This document shows positions 1 through 7,559 of a stretch of DNA of 11,207 nt, piece by piece (positions within the stretch are counted from its first letter, which is position 1; the number at the start of each line of letters is the position of its first letter). The translations under genes and the position numbers were made by a program. The DNA is taken from contig JBJCIZ010001636.1 in the NCBI GenBank assembly GCA_051294375.1, forward strand, positions 1 to 11,207, read 5' to 3'. The notes below the pieces were generated by a model. That model made no database searches. It saw nothing but the letters and a program-made list of their open reading frames with translations, and was not told the origin of the DNA. Source of the stretch: Paraspadella gotoi (Eukaryota; Animalia; Chaetognatha).

Positions 1-1950
1 AAGAAGAGATAGGGCTTACAGCACGCGAAGCATACGTGACAATAGCCGCGACTCTCCCCGCCAGGAAAACGCCCCAGCCGGCCGGCGGAAGCCACGCCCA
101 GGAAGCAGCACTGATTTAAAGATAGAGAAACACGAGCGCGGAACTGAAAACCCGCAGGATTTTTCCTTAACGAGGGATTTTATTTCATCACTGATGAGAT
201 GCAGGGTTTCGACGTTTTTCAAACAACGTTGGATAACAACTCCAAGCCATTTATTCACCAGAGACTACGAGGTCAGCTGGCTATCAATTGAACCCATACG
301 CGGTAGCCTCTACAGAGGACTATGCGACATCTCGAGTCAACATCGATCTCAGCCTCAGAGGTGGCGGGCGTCATCGAAGTAAAGTCGAACCGGAGGTACA
401 AGCGCGGAGCCACAGGCAGATTTCGCCCTGGTCAAAGACGAGGGTATTTAGCCGGCAGGTTCGACGGTCGCGGTCACGCCGGAAGAACGAGGCGCAGTCC
501 CAAGGCACACCGGCACGTCTGCTGACAAAGGCTTTGACACCCTAACGCTCCAGGGATCGCACAGAAGCGATGGATTTTCCGCTACCTTCATCGAAAGCGA
601 AGAAAAAGGGGAAGCTGGGAAAGCGAATCGAATGGATCCTACCGCAGGATGGCTTGTGACACGGACAGCAGCGAAAGCGAGACGCTTTGCTCAACTCCGT
701 CAAGACAAACGACCCGTCCAAATCCTGACCGACTTCCGCCTCCTGAGAAAGGATTAACGACAAGAACCCAGCGAAAGCGACCGCGCACCTCCTAACCAAG
801 GGGCCATGCTACAGAGGCGAATAACTCCCAGAGAATTTGCTGGGAGAAGCTCACCAGGACATGGCCACACACTGATGAAAGAGAAGAAGGACGAAAAGAA
901 GGACGACCGGAAATGGCGAGAAAAAGCGCAAGCCGGCGACTAACGCCGCGCTTAGAAATGATGGCGCGGGAACGCAGCGAAAGAAAGGAACAAAGGCCGC
1001 TGGGAGAAGATCCTACTAGGGGAAGACCAAGAAAGCAAATTTTGATTTTCAGACGTAATAAAAAAGAGATTTCCTTGTTGTTGATGACACTGAAAAACGT
1101 TGCATCTGATAAGCGAAATTAAATTTCATAAAAGTACAGTAGAAGGAAATATATCGAAAAGCGGCAGAAATAGGCAGAGGTACATCCCAGGAAAGGATGA
1201 AAGCGGCGAAGTTAGCGCAGCACGCCGCGGACAGAAATAAAGCCAAATGGCCAAAGAAATGCCACCAGGACAGAATAAAAACGCATTTAAATAGAATGCG
1301 GGCGAAAGCAGCAGCTGAAAATTTAACCGGGAAACGGCCGCTGTACGCCTCCAAGACTTTTCAATCCGCTCAAGAAAGTGAAAAAAAGAACTTACACTAG
1401 AAATAGTAAAGGAAAGGCCTACAACCTTGGAAAAACTAGGGCAATAAATGAAAAGAAGGGCTTTTAGTAAAAAGGTTGAAAATATGCCAAGAAACTGCAA
1501 AAAGAAAGGAACTAACTCACTCTCGCAAGACAAAAGAGAAAAAGTGAAAAGTGAAAGTTAATGCATCAAGTGACGATGAAACCGAAAGCAGAGACAACGC
1601 GTGACGCATTGCCAGCAAAAAGACCACCGACACCACTGGAAGCAAAAAGAAAGGTCACATTGAATCGGGATAAGGCCGCGAGCAGTCCACCCTGAGCAAG
1701 GCAAAGATGGGCAGGAAAGCGATCTATAACGCCCACCTAATTCCATAGTTGGTGAAATTGCAAAAAGGCAATCCCTAACACCAGGCTACAATAAGGAAAG
1801 GCAGAGATAAAGTGTCACGAACCAGAAGGTTTCATGCCAGAAATAATAACCGGCACCAGAAGATACTTAAAAAGGTGAAATGGAACTCCCCCCCATACCA
1901 ATAGAATCAGCGGCGCAAACCCATCCGCCCAACCCACAAAAACGACCCAG
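1..1950 (+). pseudogene. Probable gag-like ORF1 region, fragmented
   Basis: Inferred mainly from its position upstream of the protease. Protein-like fragments can be stitched across frames (e.g. YFITDEMQGFDVFQTTLDNNSKPFIHQRLRGQLAIN, GKLGKRIEWILPQDG, ILTDFRLLR), followed by a Lys/Arg/Glu-rich stretch. I could not identify a CCHC knuckle or a capsid motif. Confidence 0.35.
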
Positions 1951-2040
1951 CCACCCAGGGATGACAGCGAAGAAGAAAGATCAACCTTCAATAGGCAACA
2001 GCTACAATCCGGCACAGTAGTTTAGGAGGAGCCCAGCAAG

Positions 2041-2400
2041 CTGGCCTTTAGAACACGGGGGGCATCGATAAACATGCTATCACCGAAGAAGTTTGTAGAG
2101 CGATGGTCGATGACTGAGCAAAATCTACTCCGGCGCGCGCCTCTCCGAGTATCTGACGGGAAACGGAAATGTGCGTCATCACGAAGACCGCATAATCTCA
2201 GAGTCATGTTCCAGAACTGGATACTGGACACAACCTTCTTCATATCCTCCAGACGAAAGAGGACAGGGATTGTGATAATGCGGCAACATGCCACAACCGA
2301 CAGGGCCAGGACCAGCAAATGAAATGTGGATCGTCTCCCCAGCCGAAAAGACCAAGGTACTACAGATAGCACACATGGGCGGGGAAACCAGTTACGCAGC
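2041..2400 (+). pseudogene. Retropepsin-type aspartic protease domain, frameshifted
   Basis: tta gaac acg ggg g gca tcg ata aac (2048-2073) gives L-D-T-G-A-S-I-N if one extra a and one extra g are removed. It is followed by ITEEVCR-like sequence, matching the LDTGASxNxIS retropepsin pattern. The 3' boundary is a guess. Confidence 0.6.
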
Positions 2401-2740
2401 CTCTTCAAGGACAAACAGTCAGCCCTAAAGCGGAGCAAGTATGGCTCGCACATGAGGATGTGTTGACGAAAACGCAGGTACGCGGCTCTATGCAGAAAAG
2501 ATACAGAGGGCGGGAAATCTCGTAGTAAGAGCAGGGCCTAGGGTTTACTGGAAGTCGCTCGTTGCCTGAGGCAAGTGGAGATCCTACAAAATCGCCGCGG
2601 GACGGAAGAAACAGCTTGCACAGTATCAGGCGAGCACTGAAAACGAAGGGGTGGAACTAACAGGCTAAACCCGGCGATGGGGAGAAGCAAATTTTAATCG
2701 TCACAGGAAGAAGAAGGAATTTAAAGCCTGGACGCCAGAC

Positions 2741-2752
2741 TGGTATCAGAGC
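2741..2752 (+). other. Exact TGGTATCAGAGC 12-mer (plant initiator tRNA-Met primer-binding-site consensus) in an atypical internal position
   Basis: The 12-mer is directly visible. Function as a PBS is doubtful because it lies between the protease and RT, not after a 5' LTR. Confidence 0.2.
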
Positions 2753-3239
2753 GAGACCAGTCCAGGCAGGACTTAACGGGGAAAGACCGAAATTACGACG
2801 GGTGCGAAAAGAAAATCATACCCGCCCAACAAAAATTATAAAACACACGGACCGTCAGAAAAGCAGAATTAGAGCGGTAGACAGAAGCGAGAAAAAGGAG
2901 GCGGGCCAGAAAACATGACGACAGAGGAAAAGACGAATTCCTTACGCCCTTTTAAAGAGATCGACCCATCTCTGCATTGACAAGGCTCCCATAGTTTGGT
3001 GAAACAGTCTGGGAATTCAGAGAGCGTTCTTTGGGGAATATCAATAAACGAGCTGCAAGGAGGGCTTGCCTAAACTATAGAGTCGACCTCGTGGTAGGCA
3101 CACTGAAGGGCTTACGCAAAACTTCAAGATTCGTAATCAAGGCCCAGTGAAGAAAGGCAGCGCCTAAAAGATACCTTGAAGTCTACGAAAAAGGCTGGAG
3201 TCGTTTCGCAAGAAGCATCTGGAGAAGCTTATACTCGAA

Positions 3240-3960
3240 ATGCTTTTTCTTAATAAAGAAACGCGAATCACATCGCCAACGGCAAGACAAAATGGACGAA
3301 TGAATACATGTCGGCGAAACAATGGAGGCTAATCTGCGACTTATCAGCTGTAAATGATAACATTTCCACCTTCGGCAACGGAACTCGCGACAATTGCCTC
3401 AATCTTAGAGGAATACAAACTCAGCGACTACAATGTTCAGTTGATATCCTAGCGTGTTTCCATGCAGGTCAACGCTGGCAGAAACAAATGCAAACCGGTA
3501 ACGCGCTTTCGCAGGCGGCAGGACACAACTGGCTAGCACTGAATAAACTCGGGCCCATGGGCGGAGTAAACAGTGTAAACGTGCTGGCAGGCATCCTAAG
3601 GACGAGATTTTTTTGGGGCAGACCTCGGAAGAGACGTAAAAGAGCTTCGCTCAATTTACGTCGAACGGACCTAATTACCTATACGGCGAGATCCACCTGA
3701 GGAAATGGCAGAACGCTTTTGCGAGTAATTCCTGGAAATATGTCGACGAGAAAAACGTCGTTTTGAAGTGGACAAAGAGCGTCCTATCTAAGGAAAGACG
3801 ACATCAAAATCCTCGGCTTTTTAGGCATCTCGTCAAGATAAACTGAAACCACAGAGAGAAAAGCTGGAAGGAAACAAGCCGAGATCATAAACTGAAGCAG
3901 ATGCAATAACGGGCAGAAGGATCTCCCGCGCCATCCTGGCTTGCCACTGAACTACTACAA
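3240..3960 (+). pseudogene. Reverse transcriptase domain (LTR-retrotransposon type), frameshifted
   Basis: (F)LIKKR ~3247-3264; ORF 3308-3700 carries WRLICDLSAVNDNI, SVDILACFHA and LGPMGGVNS in one frame; att tac gtc gaac ggac cta att (3654-3676) restores to IYVDDLI; KNVVLKWTKS 3751-3780; IKILGF 3803-3820; thumb-like LNYY ~3947-3958. Confidence 0.9.
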
Positions 3961-4154
3961 TGGTGTTTTACTCACAAGATTTTCCTATCTCATCGGCAAA
4001 TCGTTACACGCACTCAGGTTGGTTCGACAAAAGCAGCTTTTAAAGTTCGAAGGGGAAAGTACCGGCGAGGCCTTAGAAACCCTATCAGCGAAAATCAAAA
4101 AGCAGCTCCCAGGATCTAAAAATTTTTTAAATGACCAAAAATAAAGAAACGGAA

Positions 4155-4575
4155 GAATCCGCATATACGCCGACAGGCCACGCAGCACCAGGAGGCGATG
4201 GAGGACTTATAACAGGGTCAACAGCAAATGGTGTAGAATAATTCCGTTAAAGGCTTCACTCCAAATCATTCGCTGAGCGAAATATAGATCAAAACACATA
4301 AACATACTCGAAACCATTAGGCTTTCAAACATATGATACAGAAAGTTCAAAGGTTACATCTGCGGCAGAGCGAGCTAAATATTAAAAGGCGCGATTCGCA
4401 ATAACTTCAAAAGAGTAATTGGACTTGCAACACGACTCGACAACAATTTAGCTCGCCTAACCTTAACCGTCCTGGCGATGGATAACGCGAATAAGGCTAA
4501 GAATGTCACCGCGAACGATAAGTGGTAACTCGTAAATAGAGCGAAGAGCAACCGCGGATGGACTTCCTCGACGAA
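4155..4575 (+). pseudogene. RNase H domain, frameshifted
   Basis: IRIYAD (4157-4174) followed by ASTR..GGLI resembles the xTDAS..G.GAVL motif. SKSF..., HINILETI (4295-4318) supplies the catalytic Glu. VNRAKSN...DFL (~4532-4569) resembles the terminal G..N..AD.LSR motif. Confidence 0.7.
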
Positions 4576-4938
4576 TTCACGGCGAAGCTAAGGCCAGATA
4601 AACCCGCGGCTGGACACACGCCTTCATGCCCGCTGGCTTCAACATCGAAGGCGGCGTAGCGAACCTGGTTACAGCGAGGACCTCGATAAGGGGCCGGCGG
4701 CGATGGCCGGTGCCACTTAGAACTAAGAGTTGGAGGAGCACGCGACGACTTAGCGTTGTCGGGGCCGCCAACCCTGAAAATAGAGACGAAAAACTTTTTC
4801 CGAAGCAAGCTTTTTCCAACTTTGTGAGGAAAGAATTTGCGAAAGAAAAAGAAAAAGCATAAATAGAAAGCTCTATGTGGGAACCAAAAACAAAAAGACG
4901 CTGACAGCCTTATTCAAGATGCATCTCGGGGCACAAGA

Positions 4939-6294
4939 TTGGATGGCTGGCGACATGCCGGAAAACTGGAAATGCTCGCTGAGCGAATGATGCGATCCAT
5001 CGTCGGCATCAAGGATCCTAATGACGAAGACTGTACTTACGCCTGCCGGATGGCAAATTTCGATAAAGATATATCGGACAACGATCATCGAGAACTAAAA
5101 GATATTCAGAACAACAACAGTGCCAAGCTTGCCTTGATAGCAGACGAGTCCGCAAATCTCAGAGTCGCAATTGCCACCGAAAAAGAAAAAAAGGAAATTA
5201 AGATCATCACAAAAGACATCATCAACGATGCCATAACGGAGAAATGGTTAGGACCGAACTCAAACATACCATACGCTGAACGCCTCGCGCCACCACCGAG
5301 GCAGAGAAAAAAAGAGGATCTCCCGGCGAACACAACGATCATCTACGGAATCCAGACAACAAACGAAACACAAAAAAAACCTGGACCACCAGCGACGAAG
5401 CCTCAAAACGAAACTAGAGAGGCAGCGCCGCCGACATCCCAAATAAGACGACCCGGCGAAAGTGGCGAAGCTCGAACACCTCCACGAAGCCCCATGCCTA
5501 TGACGCCACCTTCGGTGTCGCCGCCAACCTCACCTTTTCAAACCCCAACGAGATGGAAGACGGCGAGCCCGCCAGCGCCGCAGGAAAACGAAACAGGCGA
5601 CGTCAGAACGGCGGCCCCGCCCACGGCGCGAAACCAAAGTCCAGGACCCGAAAAAAGACGCCACCCACGAGCAGACGAGAGACGCCGAAGCGCATGGGAA
5701 GCCGACGAAGCGATCGAGATACCGCCAGACTCAACCACCGAAGCGTCTATCGAGGTAGACGCACTCGACCTGTTGGAGGAAGAAAACCAACCAACACAAC
5801 GAGACAGTCAACTCCTCCCCTTAATAGACGAAGTAAAAAAATGGCAAAGTGAAGACGAAGATATCAAATCAATAAAAACGATTTACAAAAATCACGGCGC
5901 CATGGGATTAAAAGCGCATCTGATGTCGACGCAAAGAAAAGCACTAACGCCAACGCAAATCTTCCTAATGAAAAACGCAGAAGAATTAGAGATCACTAGA
6001 GACGATATACTTTGCGTCATTGGCTACAAAATAAATACGCGGACAACTCGTTATATTGTGCCGAAGAAAAACCTCGGGGACGTAGTAAAAAAGATTCACG
6101 AGAAACTAGGCCACCCAGGCCGCGACCGGACGGCGTACCTCGTATCGCAGTACGTCGCGGCCCCGGAAATGGTACGCACCTGCGCGGATATTGTACTCAC
6201 GTGCGACCTCTGCAGAAGAACAACAGATGAGATGCACCTAAATGAGACAGACCCGACACCGACCATCGCCCTAACGCCGTGGGAATCGCTATGA
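4939..6294 (+). CDS. Uninterrupted internal Pol segment (451 aa): unrecognised domain, Pro/Thr-rich linker, and integrase N-terminal HHCC zinc-binding domain
   Basis: Longest ORF in the window. The C-terminal third has VKKWQSEDEDI, RYIVPK, IHEKLGHPGRDRT and TCDLC (H387, H392, C422, C425; nt 6097-6213), and ends at PWESL, the usual start of the integrase core. The listed start is a TTG and is probably only a frameshift boundary within a polyprotein. Confidence 0.85.
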   Translation: MDGWRHAGKLEMLAERMMRSIVGIKDPNDEDCTYACRMANFDKDISDNDHRELKDIQNNNSAKLALIADESANLRVAIATEKEKKEIKIITKDIINDAITEKWLGPNSNIPYAERLAPPPRQRKKEDLPANTTIIYGIQTTNETQKKPGPPATKPQNETREAAPPTSQIRRPGESGEARTPPRSPMPMTPPSVSPPTSPFQTPTRWKTASPPAPQENETGDVRTAAPPTARNQSPGPEKRRHPRADERRRSAWEADEAIEIPPDSTTEASIEVDALDLLEEENQPTQRDSQLLPLIDEVKKWQSEDEDIKSIKTIYKNHGAMGLKAHLMSTQRKALTPTQIFLMKNAEELEITRDDILCVIGYKINTRTTRYIVPKKNLGDVVKKIHEKLGHPGRDRTAYLVSQYVAAPEMVRTCADIVLTCDLCRRTTDEMHLNETDPTPTIALTPWESL

Positions 6295-7100
6295 GCATAG
6301 GGCTGCAGCTCCCCAACCAGGCGGACAACCCACGTAGGTGGCGCAGCCGACAACGCCACCGCCGACAGGGGCGGTCCTATCCGCCAGAGCAGAGCGCAAT
6401 AAACATAGAACGGCCCTCGACAAAAAACATCTGCTACTACAGGGAAGCTACCGTGCGAAAGAAACTGACGGCGCACACAACGAAACGGCGAGAAAGTGCG
6501 AGCTGCACCGCCTCGACACGAGCGGAAGAAGAAAACCCTAATCCTCGAGAAAAACAGCAAACAGAGCCCGAAAGACATGCCAATTTCAGACAGGCGCGGA
6601 GAAATCAATCGACACGACCGAACGCTGGGTCAAAGAAACTTGCCCGCACAGACTGCACCCGCAACGCCACTGCCCATAACAGGGAAAACGACATGTGAGC
6701 CCCCAGGAACGACAAGGCGGACACAACCCAAGCTAATGAAGCGTCGTGACGAGGAAACTGACGATCCTATCGGAGTGAGGCAAAACTAAGAGCGGACAAC
6801 AGGTAAGAAGCGCAGCACAAAAGCGCCGAGCAACGCAAAGCAGAAATAGAACATTCGAAACAGAGTGAAACCGTGCCCGACCCGAAAAAACTGGCCACGT
6901 AGGAGACCGAGTATACGTGGAGACGGCGACCTGATCACAGGCAGCCCGCCAGCCGCAAACAAAATGAAACGTTATATTACAGGACCCATGAACCGGGAAA
7001 AAAGGGGAACCATTCAAGCGCTAGAAGATACCGGAAAAACGACACACAGTCACAGGACGAAGACGGAAGCGCAGAGCGACGCACCCCGTAAAGCTTAACG
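6277..7100 (+). pseudogene. Integrase catalytic core and GPY/F C-terminal module, heavily corrupted
   Basis: PWESL then SI(x); HVGGAADNAT 6331-6360 (cf. xLVxVDxFT); ICYY..LPCE..TDGAHN 6429-6481 (cf. FGxPxxIxTDNG); SPKDMPISD..GE...DRTL 6565-6627 (cf. SPYHPQSNG.xER.NRTL); VGDRVYVE 6899-6922; NKMKRYITGP 6958-6987. Confidence 0.7.
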
Positions 7101-7498
7101 AAATGAGAAGAAGAAAAAAACGGACGAAGCAAAAAAAGGCAGACATTTTAGAACTAGACTGTAGGAGAGCGAGCAGGAACAAGAAAAAGCGCTAAAGAAG
7201 AATGCCCCCTACACGAAAAAAAGAAAAAAAACGACACGACGACTGAAAAGAAAACGAAGAACGAACAAGTGAGCCTGAACGCGGCGATGCCTCAAACCAT
7301 TCACTCACCACAATCGAAAACAGGGAGAAAACGGTCATAACTCGTTGCACCAAACAAAAAAAAAAAAATCAAGACAAAACAAACTTGTCCTCTGCTCGCC
7401 CCGAACGTAAAAAGGAGTGAGCATACTTACCCAGCCACGGTTGAAAAAAACCTCCATAACTTCAGCGAACGAGAAATAAACTCCTTAGCGGATCAAAC

Positions 7499-7543
7499 AA
7501 AAAAAAAAAAAAAAAAAAAAAAAAAATAAAACCAAAAAAAAAA
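7499..7543 (+). repeat. Poly(A) tract: A28 followed by TAAAACC and A10, within an A-rich spacer (~7100-7560)
   Basis: Directly visible. Additional A runs occur near 7113-7137, 7216-7231 and 7356-7368. Confidence 0.9.
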
Positions 7544-7559
7544 CTAAGAAGCAAGTGAG

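Noticed and set aside
1-300. 5' LTR and canonical PBS
   Set aside because: I saw no similarity to 9826-10481 and no convincing CA followed by a TGG tRNA complement. The region appears already to be coding.
590-906. Recurring GAAAGCGA words and a duplicated AAGAAGGACGA
   Set aside because: Short, irregularly spaced and explained by purine-rich codon usage. They do not form a CRISPR-like or regular array.
1049-1533. Hydrophobic minus-strand ORFs (also 7485-7727 and 9741-10151) as membrane proteins
   Set aside because: Their Phe/Leu/Ser richness simply mirrors the A/G-rich + strand, and no motifs support them.
1400-2040. Programmed gag-pol ribosomal frameshift or readthrough site
   Set aside because: Indel density is too high to tell a programmed shift from damage or error.
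2217-2231. Second LDTG (LDTGH) as protease active site
   Set aside because: It lacks the A/S-x-x-N/S context. The restored LDTGASIN at 2048-2073 fits the retropepsin pattern better.
2741-4575. Endogenous caulimovirid (PBS 12-mer plus PR-RT-RH)
   Set aside because: Caulimoviridae lack an integrase, and this element has HHCC, core and GPY/F integrase motifs downstream. No movement protein motif was seen.
6279-6698. Arg-rich + strand ORFs (also 5553-5852 and 8226-8618) as separate genes
   Set aside because: They are alternative frames or frame mosaics of integrase, linker and third-ORF sequence. The T-poor strand has few stop codons, so such ORFs are expected.
3240-7100. DIRS element, or a bacterial RT system (retron, DGR, group II intron)
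   Set aside because: A protease, RNase H and DDE-type integrase accompany an LTR-type RT. I found no tyrosine recombinase motif, template/variable repeat pair or operon-like organisation.
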